In this document: in pieces, positions 33,582 to 43,902 of the stretch
Layout of the letters: each line of letters opens with the position of its first letter
Position numbering within the stretch: the first letter of the stretch is position 1
Source of the DNA: a virus
DNA length: 64,000 bases
Virus record (IMG/VR): IMGVR_UViG_3300025655_000017
Direction: 5' to 3' (one strand)
Notes under the pieces: generated by a model
The model's database searches: none
Told to the model about the DNA's origin: nothing
Seen by the model: the letters and a program-made list of their open reading frames with translations, nothing else
Translations under genes and position numbers: made by a program

Positions 33582-33776
33582 TTTTGTTATTGAAAAACTA
33601 TATTTTTCTTTGTGCTTTCGCCTACTAGATGATAACCGCACCACCTATGTATTTTAAAAAAAAGTGTATTTTACAACGCTCGTTACGTTAACTCTTTGGC
33701 TACTTTTTTCTTCGATGTAAAGATACAAATAACTTATGACTTTTCAAAATTTATTTTCATCTTTTGTAAAAAAAAT

Positions 33777-33834
33777 CACCCTAACGTTTCTGGTAATTAT
33801 GCCGGAAGATTGCGACCTATAAAGGTACTTCTGG
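33777..33834. ncRNA. Repeated structured motif, copy 2
   Basis: Same core with compensatory outer stem and shorter inner hairpin. Confidence 0.55.
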
Positions 33835-34354
33835 TTTTTTTGAGTGAGAGGCTTTACCTCTCTTTAATTTCGATGTCAAACTCACCGATCATATTTTTTG
33901 TAAAGATAAAAAAGTTATTTCATAAAACCTAATATTTTAGAAAACTTTTTTTAGTTCTTCATTAATATTATTCATTAGTTCATCTAACTCGGTTCTATGA
34001 TTCTCTCGATAGTAATCAATGCTATTTGTCTTTGATCTGTATTTTCCACCAAACCCAAAGAACCCTTGAAACCTCCATTCTTCACACATTAGATCACTAT
34101 AAACATGTTCATGAACAAATAAGTTTCGTAAATTGTTACTTGCACCTCCCATAGTAACAAGTATATCGTAAACTTGTTCAGCATTTTCTCTAGTAAACAT
34201 AAAAAATATTTATTTTGAATAATGTTTGTTAAAAACTTCTTTTGTTAATCCATAATCAACAAAGATAACAGAATCACTACCCTCTCGTTTGACGATTCCC
34301 CACTTAATTATTTCACCTCATGTAAAACAATCTTATCTGGATCAGTTGATTTAG

Positions 34355-34426
34355 TGAGAGTAGAAAGATTCGAACTTTCATCGTGGGTTTAGAAAACCCA
34401 TGCACTATCCCTTGTGCTATACTCCC
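34355..34426 (-). tRNA. tRNA-Arg(UCU)
   Basis: Canonical cloverleaf; stem UGGGU/ACCCA, loop UUUCUAA. Confidence 0.9.
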
Positions 34427-34573
34427 ATATTGGTTATAACGTTACCAACGCAGCAAATCTACAAGTAGATTTTTACTGGAATGCTGCATCTATCACTTTT
34501 AATCTGGCTTTCATCCATATCCAGAAGTGGCTTTCATTCTACGTCCCTGAAAGCATTAGGACAAACTTTATTG

Positions 34574-34647
34574 CGGGAACAGAAGGACTCGAACCTTCGA
34601 CCTGATGATTAACAGTCATCTGCTCTAACCAACTGAGCTATGTTCCC
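34574..34647 (-). tRNA. tRNA-Asn(GUU)
   Basis: Canonical cloverleaf; loop CUGUUAA. Confidence 0.95.
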
Positions 34648-34660
34648 ATCTTTAAAAATA

Positions 34661-34933
34661 AATCAATTGTGCTGTTACGCCAAAGACTCTAAGGGTCGTA
34701 ATGATCTGCTAAATTATCATTTAAAGAACTTATGATAATTAGCCTAAAGCTTTGCCTTTAGTTGAATACATCATTACACTGTACTTGTCTTTCCCCCGTT
34801 AGTAGCTTTTGATGGATTTCTTTTTGGCTCCATTTAAGACTTTTCATTAGGTATTGCCTATGCCTGTATTAGCACCTAACACTAACTCGTCACTCATTAT
34901 CAGATGGCTGCTCTTAAGCCTACTGCTTTGATT
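34661..34933 (-). ncRNA. 23S rRNA GTPase-associated-centre (H43-H44) mimic RNA with internal insert
   Basis: 5' GUAGGCUUAAGAGCAGCCAUC..UAAUGAGU and 3' GCGUAACAGCAC, closed by AAUCAA/UUGAUU. Confidence 0.75.
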
Positions 34934-35099
34934 TTTTATCTTAATGTAATTAAACTTTTTTAATTACTATTTTTAAAAATTAAACAATGACAGTTTTGAA
35001 CTGCTAAATAGCTTTTTTAATTAGCCATAGTTTTCATAATAACATGAAAAATTTATCTAGGGTAAAAAATACATGTATTATAACTTCCCATTGTTTAAA

Positions 35100-35152
35100 A
35101 AGACGAACGGTATTTTTCGTTTGGTTTTTTTTATAGGAACCGTTTTTGTCTT
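35100..35152 (-). ncRNA. Bulged-stem RNA motif, copy 3
   Basis: AAGAC-AAA-AACGGU-UCCUA...AU-ACCGUU-C-GUCUU, just downstream of the TATCTTTG promoter at ~35166-35173. Confidence 0.7.
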
Positions 35153-35614
35153 ATTTTCTTAGTAACAAAGATAAAAATAAATATCTTATAAAACAAATTT
35201 TTTATCAATTATAAAAAAAAAAATTCTCCACTAATATATTACCTCTTGAGCAAGATAACAACGGACTGTTATCACCACCTTTAAAGAAGCTTAAGATTAA
35301 AGTACTAATGAAATCCCCAACATATCTTTTTTAGTATCAGATTTTATATACCATTGCTCAGAAGTAATTATTCCTGCAATACCTAAACCGCTCAATTCTT
35401 TTGTTCTATCGACAATAGTCTCACTGTTTATTTTTATCTGTGGATATGTACCAGTGTAAATTGTGGAAGGCATTAAAAATGCTTGCCCTTCAATTATCGT
35501 TGGTAAATCTTCCCCTAACATATCATCAGGAATAACAGCAACTAATATTGTTTTACCTTCTGCTGTTTTTTGTGCAATAAACTTAAAATATATCGTTTTC
35601 ATATTTTTTTAGTT

Positions 35615-35731
35615 AAAAAAGTGATTTGTTAATTAAACAAAGGTAATAAAAAAACTTGAAAAAAGAAATTTATTTTACAACGCTTTTTACGTTAACTCTT
35701 TGGTTATTTCTTTTGACATATCAAAGATACT
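35615..35731 (-). repeat. ~115-bp promoter-bearing direct repeat (copy B)
   Basis: Near-identical to 36941..37057; core also at 33667..33726. Confidence 0.85.
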
Positions 35732-35739
35732 TTAAATAT

Positions 35740-36393
35740 TTAAGATAAACAAATAATTGTCACATCTTTTTTTTCTTTTAACAGTGACCACCGATGCCGA
35801 CCATCAACCAATTTGTATACGTTTCCTTGGTTATAGTAAATGCCAATAGGAATGTTTTCAATTTGACAATAATCCAATATTGGTTGTATCTTCATATTTT
35901 CTGTAGGATATAAAATTTCACTCGACACATTTTCAATCGTTACTTTAGTAAAGTTACAAATGTTTTTTTGTAAAAACCCATATTCTAAATGAAGAATATA
36001 TAAAATTTTATCAAAATCACTAGTAAAAGATTTTAAATGGTTGAGGTATTCATTAATTAAATGCTGACCTGTAAAATAAATACCTTCTACTTCTTCTCCA
36101 TAATAACCATGACAAGTTTCAATATTATAATTATCTTTATTATAAATCCCTTTCAATCGTAAAATACGATCTAAACAATAAAGATCAACTATATTATCAA
36201 AATAGCACTTTTTAACATAAGTGTTAAATATGGTCGTATAATTTATTGTATCTACGTATAATCCATACAATCTTGAACTTCGACACATATCATTACCTGT
36301 TTGACAACCACAATTTTCATCGTTACAACTATAACTTTCATAATCATAGTCACAACCATTATATAAATAATCCATAGTTATAATATTTAACAT
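35740..36393 (-). CDS. Protein with C-terminal ParB/Srx-like motif
   Basis: PI......YKLVDGRHRW. Confidence 0.5.
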   Translation of the reverse strand: MLNIITMDYLYNGCDYDYESYSCNDENCGCQTGNDMCRSSRLYGLYVDTINYTTIFNTYVKKCYFDNIVDLYCLDRILRLKGIYNKDNYNIETCHGYYGEEVEGIYFTGQHLINEYLNHLKSFTSDFDKILYILHLEYGFLQKNICNFTKVTIENVSSEILYPTENMKIQPILDYCQIENIPIGIYYNQGNVYKLVDGRHRWSLLKEKKDVTIICLS

Positions 36394-36940
36394 TCATTAC
36401 TTTCATTTCTGTGGCTAGTTCAGCCACCATTGGGATACCACAAGTTGTGAAAAAAACAATTTCCCCATTTTCGTAAGATGCTACTTTTACTGCTTGATTT
36501 GCAGTATTCACGCTTTTTTTATCTCTGTATCTTACTGTTTTACCTAAAATATATAGGTTTTCATCTAACTTAAGAAAAAGATTAAAAATAGGGATGATTT
36601 GTTCTAAAAAAAAATTTTCATCTTCTTTATGCCTTTTTTGTGCTTCTTCTTGTAGCTTCAAATAAATAAGTTCTTTTGCCTTGAATTCATTTTTACGTTC
36701 TTTCACAGCTTCTTCAAACAAATCTTTATCATGAATGTATTTAGCATCAATTTTTAAAATAGTATCTCCATAATATCCATCCCGGTCAGTATTTTCAATG
36801 CAATATTTGCCATCTTCAATAAAAGATTCATTGATTGAATCGACAGAAGGGCTAAAGTCACAAAAATGTTTTACTACTCTATTAATATGTGAATAAACAG
36901 GATAAAGAATTAATGTTTTCATGTTATTGTTGGTTTAATT

Positions 36941-37057
36941 AAAAAAGCGATTTGTTAGTGAATCAAAGGTAAGAAAAAAACTTGAAAAAAGAAATTTATT
37001 TTACAACGCTTTTAACGTTAACTCTTTGGTTAGTTCTTTTGACATATCAAAGATACT
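36941..37057 (-). repeat. ~115-bp promoter-bearing direct repeat (copy C)
   Basis: Near-identical to 35615..35731. Confidence 0.85.
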
Positions 37058-37100
37058 AATTTTTTTTCATTTATCCTAATGTTTCTAAAAAAAATATTAG

Positions 37101-37174
37101 TTCCGTGAACAGGATTTGAACCTGTGATCTTCGGGATCGCGCCCGACGAGATAGACCAACTTCTCCACCACGGT
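37101..37174 (-). tRNA. Initiator-tRNA-like body with non-canonical 6-nt anticodon loop (CGCGAU)
   Basis: 1:72 mismatch, UCGGG/CCCGA anticodon stem (three G-C pairs), T arm ACAGG-UUCAAAU-CCUGU. Confidence 0.7.
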
Positions 37175-39818
37175 AATATAATAAAGCTTCCACCTTATCA
37201 CATATAAGCCTAATTAAGTGCTGCCACAGTGCTATAGTATGGCTCTTTATAAAAGGCAAATTTCTTTAATCAACATCCGAAAGAAATAAATTATAATTTC
37301 CATCCCCGACAGGTTCAGAAAAATATTTATACTCTCCCGCCACAAGATTACCCTTAATATCAAAGGTAACTTCACCAATGGTTAGAGTTTTGCCCAGCTG
37401 AGAAATGGCACAAACCCCTGTGTGGGAACAATTCATTCCATCTAAATCAACCAATGAAACATTTTTATTAATAATCTGCATAATTTTAAATTTTTACAAA
37501 GATAAGAAAATATTGTTATAAAACATAATTTTTTAATATTTTTTTAAGGTTGTGGATCACCTGTCAAATGAATGATTGAAGGAACCCAATCAGGATGATA
37601 AATTCTGTATCCGTCTTGTTCGTGCATCATTGGCATAGCCGTATCTTGGGGCAAACTTTTAGAACAAAAACTTTCTACATGATCAGACTTTATCCACATT
37701 TCATACCCGTTTATATGAGTATATTTTAGGGTTTGTTTGGGTTCTAAAATTTGTTCTAGTCTTACCTCAACCAAACCACAAGCTCCAACAGAAAACATTT
37801 CAACTCTTACAATAGAACAGTCGGTTGTATTTGTGACTGAAACTACTTTTTGACCATAGCATGATATAGTAGCAAGAAAAAATAAATAAGTTATTGTTAG
37901 TTTTTTCATATATTGTTTTTTATTGAAAAATACCACCCTGTTAATTTTGTTGAATAAACGTCATGTGGTTGTCTCACCCAATTATAGCTTTATTTAAGCA
38001 TCTTTAAAAGATCAAATCTTTTTTAAATTAATCGCTATTATCCGTAAGCTAGTTTTAATTAAAATCCGAACTGACTAATTTATACTTCCTAAATCTAATA
38101 GATTATTATAGGATTGTGCTTTTCAAGATGCAGAAAAGCCAAAGATCAACGTGATTTTTCTTTAACAACTTTTAAAATAAAAGTTGTTGGGTAATTTATT
38201 TTTACAGGCATTCCCAATAGGAAATAAACCCTGCGAATCTTCCATATCTCCATCAGAGGAAATTAATTCTCCTGACGTTAGTAGATGAACAAAATATGTG
38301 GGATTTTTAATATTTTTTCCACAACAAATACATGGGTTATCACTTTTACCTTCCTCATAAGAATCTTCTTGAATATCTTGTAAAGAAATTTTAAAAAGCC
38401 AATTCATCATGATTTTCGTATTTTAGTTATAATTAATTAACATCACAAATATAATGCTTATATTTTAAATAAGCAAATAATATTCTATTTTAATTTAGAT
38501 AATTCTTTTTCAAGTTTCTCAATTATATATTTCACATCATAACTAATTTGTTCCATTCTACTCCCCTCACCCTCATAATACCTATAACTATGTTTAATAT
38601 GAGGATTATACAAATTTCTGATTGCATTTAATGCGTTCTCTTTTTTTATCAATATAATTTCTTCTTTTGTCATAAATTCATTATTATACTCTAATAGATT
38701 CAATCCACTTAATTAACCTACCATCCATTTGATCGCGACATGCCTGAAGTGTTGTTTCAAACACTTTCTGATAATCCTCTTCATTAAATTTCATGTTATG
38801 ATCAAGCAGATCAACTAAGGTGAAAAATGGGGCTAATCCTCCCCGAACAGCAGATTTAGCATGTTCGTTTGGGTATAACTGTAGTTTTTTATTAAGGCAC
38901 AAATTATCCAAAATTTGTTCTTTTGTTAGTGCTTCACCATTTTTCCCATTTTTATTATAAATGAAAAAATAATTGACCAACAGCCCGGTATCTATAACAG
39001 TAGATGAACCATATAAATTCATGTCTTGCAAAATGGCACCCAACTCTGCCAAGTTTTTTGTTCCATTTTCTTTGATCCATTTCACTCTAAATTCATCTAC
39101 TGTCAGTCCCTGACCAATAAATTTAGAAGATTTAGTATCGTATTCCAATACCCAATCTGTAGAAAAATCCTCATCTCTTACTTTTACGTAAATAATCATT
39201 AGTATGCTTTTTTTAAAATTATATGGTTAAATTATATCTCAAAGATATGACTAATATTTCAAATAAGCAACTTATTAACCTAATCTTTTTGGAAAAAAGA
39301 CAAGTGCTTTAATCCTGCAAAATAGTCTCTCTGCTTAAATTTGTGGGAAATATCTTCATATATCGGATGAATTTCAATAGTTCTTTTACCCACCTGATTA
39401 CTAATGGTAATTTTCAGGAAATTACCATTTTTTAAATCCACTCTATCTTTTAATAGAGCAATATCAAAACTTCTTTTTTGAAAATAGGGTTCTGGATCAT
39501 TACTTATAATACAATTAATGATAACAGTATCTTCTAGCACTTCTAATATTTCTCCTAGAAAAGCTACTCCCTCACAGTGAATTTCACTGATTTCATTCAC
39601 GTCATATCTAGAGATGAAATCTACCACTTTAGATTCATAGTTAATATTATCCCCAGATAACTTAATAAACTCAGCTAAAAAGTTATTAGTTAATTGTTGA
39701 AGTTGTTTATTTAAATTATCCATTAAACGAAGTTTAATAAAATTAATAATAGAATAAACCCAATAGCCATAAAGATAAACCCTGTTTTGGCACCCTCAAA
39801 AAAATGTTTCATAAGTTT

Positions 39819-40472
39819 TTAATATTTGAATTCTTTTATATTATTACTGTTTAACAATAATTGAAATAATTCATTTCTCACAGGTTTAATATAATATGAT
39901 TCTATCTCCCCGGCATTAAACATATTATTCAATTTTTCTCTTAGTTCTTTTTCCTTTCCTTTATCTACCTCATTACCTTTTAGAGTTTTTATGTGAATTA
40001 ATTCAGGTAAACGGTTATTAATTAATTCTTCAGCTATATAAAGACATCTATTAACATGAAAGTTTTTATTTTTATCTTTCATATCTCTTTTGGCAAAACC
40101 CAAAAATGCCTTGATAACTTTGTATGTTCTACAATAATCTAACTTATTTTTTTCTGCTATCATATCAGTAAATAATAATATTTCTGTATTTATAGCAGAA
40201 TCACCACTTGTCTGATTACGCCAAAACTGATCAATTGTGGTAAAAATATATTGTGTGTTATCTTCTACATCATCATACTGAAACATATGATTATTAGGGT
40301 AATAATTTATCTCTAACCAAGCACTAGGAGGAGCATAAATACATAAAACATCAGTATCTGAATGTTCGCCAACAGTGCCGTACATATTTGAACCAAAAAT
40401 ATATTGCTCATAAACACGATGATTCAAATATGTAAATGCTTCATTATCTATTTTAATATTCATTATATCCAA
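39819..40472 (-). CDS. Pol-beta nucleotidyltransferase
   Basis: FGSNMYG...SDTD. Confidence 0.75.
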   Translation of the reverse strand: MDIMNIKIDNEAFTYLNHRVYEQYIFGSNMYGTVGEHSDTDVLCIYAPPSAWLEINYYPNNHMFQYDDVEDNTQYIFTTIDQFWRNQTSGDSAINTEILLFTDMIAEKNKLDYCRTYKVIKAFLGFAKRDMKDKNKNFHVNRCLYIAEELINNRLPELIHIKTLKGNEVDKGKEKELREKLNNMFNAGEIESYYIKPVRNELFQLLLNSNNIKEFKY

Positions 40473-41407
40473 TTTTTAAAATTAGTTTCATTAAATGAAA
40501 AGGGAGTTTCAACAGATTCCCACTTTGTTCTGATAATAGGATTGATAATATCTTCCCACTCTAATGTTTGTTCATTAAATAAGGCATAGTTACCAGTATC
40601 TGGAAAACGCTCAATAACATTATTTCCATTTTTGTTTTTAGCTTCAATGGAAATACCATTAATGTATTTGTTCTTAATAATAAACGTTCCTCTCTTTTTT
40701 GAAAAATGTAAATCGTTCCAATTTAATCCTTTTTCGTGAATCATATCCTGCATCATAGATTGATTCTTATTCTTTAATTCATCAGGACTATACAATGATT
40801 GTGCCATCATAGCAATACTGTTTTTTACAGCATCTTTTTGACGGGCTAAAAAATAATTAGCTACCTCTTCTTTAGGGTAATTAGCTACTCTTGAATCAAA
40901 ATCTGCCAATGGCTCATCATTAAATGACTGAGTTAACAATTGAAATGATCTCAATTTATCTTCTATATCTCTTTTTGCTATCTCACAATCAGTATTAAAT
41001 TCATTATAAAATTGTTCTCTTAGACCTAAAAAAACATTACGTCTAACTCGCAATTGATTGAACTTTCCAGATGCCATACTTGCACTAACAGAAGTCATTT
41101 TTTGAACATTATAATCAAACCAAGCTTCCGAAGCTAATTTATCATAGTCTGTTATAAGAATAGAAATTTCATCGCTTTGTACATATGCACATTTAGCCCC
41201 CTGAATTTTACTACAAAGAGATATTGCAGTATCTGCCATATCTTCAATTAAACCCTCATCAAAAGGTTTAATTAACTTATTAGTATACGTGTGAAAAGCT
41301 TTACCATCAAGTCGCATGATAACAGGAACTCGTTTAGTTAAAAACGTTTTACTCCTATTCTCATAGTTCTTTTTCATTCTGGTCATAATAGCACAATTCT
41401 TACTCAT
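40463..41407 (-). CDS. thg1: tRNA-His guanylyltransferase Thg1-like (3'-5' polymerase)
   Basis: RMK.YE, RLDGKAFH, YVQSDEISIL, FDSR, RQ.D...N, KRG. Confidence 0.92.
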   Translation of the reverse strand: MSKNCAIMTRMKKNYENRSKTFLTKRVPVIMRLDGKAFHTYTNKLIKPFDEGLIEDMADTAISLCSKIQGAKCAYVQSDEISILITDYDKLASEAWFDYNVQKMTSVSASMASGKFNQLRVRRNVFLGLREQFYNEFNTDCEIAKRDIEDKLRSFQLLTQSFNDEPLADFDSRVANYPKEEVANYFLARQKDAVKNSIAMMAQSLYSPDELKNKNQSMMQDMIHEKGLNWNDLHFSKKRGTFIIKNKYINGISIEAKNKNGNNVIERFPDTGNYALFNEQTLEWEDIINPIIRTKWESVETPFSFNETNFKNWI

Positions 41408-41408
41408 G

Positions 41409-42122
41409 TTAGTTTTCTTTTGTTTGATGAAATTTTTTTACCTCAATAATATTCATCAAATTATTAAGTTCCCATTCTAATAAAGCACGATCTTCCCAAT
41501 AAAACATTTTACCATCAGCTTTTTTTCGATTAATAAAAACAGCAAGTTTGGGTGTTCTATTCTTTGCTTGTTCCTTTGTATAGACTTCACGGCCATACAA
41601 CAAAGCTTCCATTTGTATAACTTGAAAGGCAATTGTTTTAAAAGCATCAACCATACTCATGTTCTTTTTTGAAAAGTCATCTTCACATAAATTGTAAAAA
41701 TTAAAATCTTTTAAACATTTAATTTTTTCGTAGATGTCTCCCTTCAATGCTTTTTTCACTTCTTTGCGCCCATCCGGATTATGTGAGATTAAAGAAAGAA
41801 TTATTCTGCACCCCCTAATTAGTTTCAATTCCACATTTCGTTCAACCAAGCGTAAAACTGGACAAACATCATAGTTTTGACTGTGTAATTCAAAGGTACA
41901 AAAAATACTGTTATTTACTTCATCAATTGTACCTTTAAATACATCGGTCACAATACCATTTTCTATCACACAAAGATTTATATTTGCATCTGAGTTGAAA
42001 AATGGTTTGTATGATAAAACCATATCTTTATTCTCTCGAATAGATTTACCCAATTCAGGAAGAACAATCATTATGTCATCGTCTAGTGAATCTCCCGAAC
42101 CAAATCTTAGAAAGTCCATCAT
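41409..42122 (-). CDS. Nucleotidyltransferase-like protein
   Basis: FGSGDSLDDDI (GS...DxD); KG..DEVNNS. Confidence 0.55.
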   Translation of the reverse strand: MMDFLRFGSGDSLDDDIMIVLPELGKSIRENKDMVLSYKPFFNSDANINLCVIENGIVTDVFKGTIDEVNNSIFCTFELHSQNYDVCPVLRLVERNVELKLIRGCRIILSLISHNPDGRKEVKKALKGDIYEKIKCLKDFNFYNLCEDDFSKKNMSMVDAFKTIAFQVIQMEALLYGREVYTKEQAKNRTPKLAVFINRKKADGKMFYWEDRALLEWELNNLMNIIEVKKFHQTKEN

Positions 42123-43902
42123 TTGTTTTTTTATTTAATATGACAAAGATAAGCTTATTATCCTAATAAACCTATTTTTTAATTAATGATTTTTATGAAA
42201 AATGCCACTGTCAATAAAATAACAAGCAACGTAGTTGGAGGAAAAAATCGACTTGCTTTTTGTATTTTTGCTTGATCTAGTTCTTTATCTTCAATCAAAT
42301 TATCATAAATTAGGTCATGCCACAGATGTGATAAGATAAGCCAAACAGATAAAATAAAAATAATTACTTTCATAATGTTTTTTTTTAAGTTTAAGAAATA
42401 ATTAAAAAATATAGCTCCAAAAATTAATTTTGATAATCTTTACTACCAGCAAAAATCATAGTGAAATAAAATGTAGCAGTAAGTAATCCAATAAAATAAT
42501 AAATTGATTCTAACATGATCAGATTTTTTAAAAAATTGAGAAATTAATTCTAAAGAAAAATTTATTTAAAAACACAAATAATATGAATAATATTTGTATT
42601 GATAGCATTAGATATGTGAAAAAATTTAATTTATGTCTATCGCCGTATTTTACCCGAATTTTTTTACTGATTACCCCCACTAAAATCATGTGAAACAAAA
42701 AAACATAACCATTATATGTGAATAATCCAGTTAAAAACCAGAGTGGAATCATAAAAACTAAAAAAAGTTTACCATAGTAGATTTTATCATCTTTTTCTGG
42801 CTTAAAAAAAAATAATGCTCCTTTACCCACACATATAGAGAAACCATATATATAAAGGATTATTAATCCTATAAAATAATAATTAAATTCCAGAATACTC
42901 ATATATCTAGTTATTTACATATTTATAATCAATCCAAAATGACCTAATAAATTCACCTTTCATTAATGTATCTAAAACATTATCTCTGTGATCTTGTTCT
43001 AAGATTGTAATTATATTGTTTTCTATCTTATATAGAACTGCCCATCCTCTGCCCATTTCTTTATCTCTCAGTAAACAATAAGAAATACCATCATCCGAAA
43101 CAATTAAATCATTAGGAACAGAAATATCAAAAAAATCTAATTCACCGCATGATTCGCCAATTGACATATCATCAACTGTATTTACAGTTGTAACATTAAG
43201 AATTATTCCGCTTGATTTTAATACTTTTATAGCGAAATCTAGTTGTTTTTGATGATAAGGATGTATTTCATCCTGAAACCCATTGAAAAAAAATTCTATT
43301 TCTTCTTCATGGATAACTCCATTATCGTCACACTGAAATTTAAAGAGGTCATCTTCCTCTATAGCAATATACTTCATATTTATGTATGTTTTTAATTGTT
43401 TATTGAATGAAATGTTACTCTTAATATAGAAACTAGCTCCCAAAAATCTTTTAAATCTTTCCCCCCTACTATTAGATTATAATCCCGCAGCAACATAAAA
43501 CGATCACTGTCGTATGTATTTTCAACTATAGATAAAGAAGGATCAGCATATATTTCTATTGCAATCTTAAATAAATCTAAATCACTATTAGAAAAATACC
43601 CCAATGAAACTGGGAACAAATTTTCTTGGAACAAATTCATGAGTTTTTTTATAAGGTAAAGATAACCTTTTTTCAGTTACCATCCAAATTATTTTGTAAT
43701 TTATATTCCTGAATTATTTCCCTTACTGGTAAATAAGGAACATTAAACATCCAATGAAAATGGAATGCAAGGTTTAATGAACAGGTATCTATTTTAGATA
43801 ACATGTTGGTAATATCCGTTTTTGATGTAAGTGGATAATGTTCTACTAATCTGTCTGTTAGTGCAACAATATCCTGTGGTGATAATATATTTGTCATAAT
43901 GT

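Noticed and set aside
34465-34484. Cas12a-repeat-like hairpin (UCUAC-UU-GUAGAU)
   Set aside because: Single copy, loop too short, lacks the AAUUU 5' part; explained as part of a larger stem
34661-34933. A true rRNA gene or host contamination
   Set aside because: Only the H43 and H44 halves match, separated by an unrelated insert and closed by a different stem; no flanking rRNA sequence
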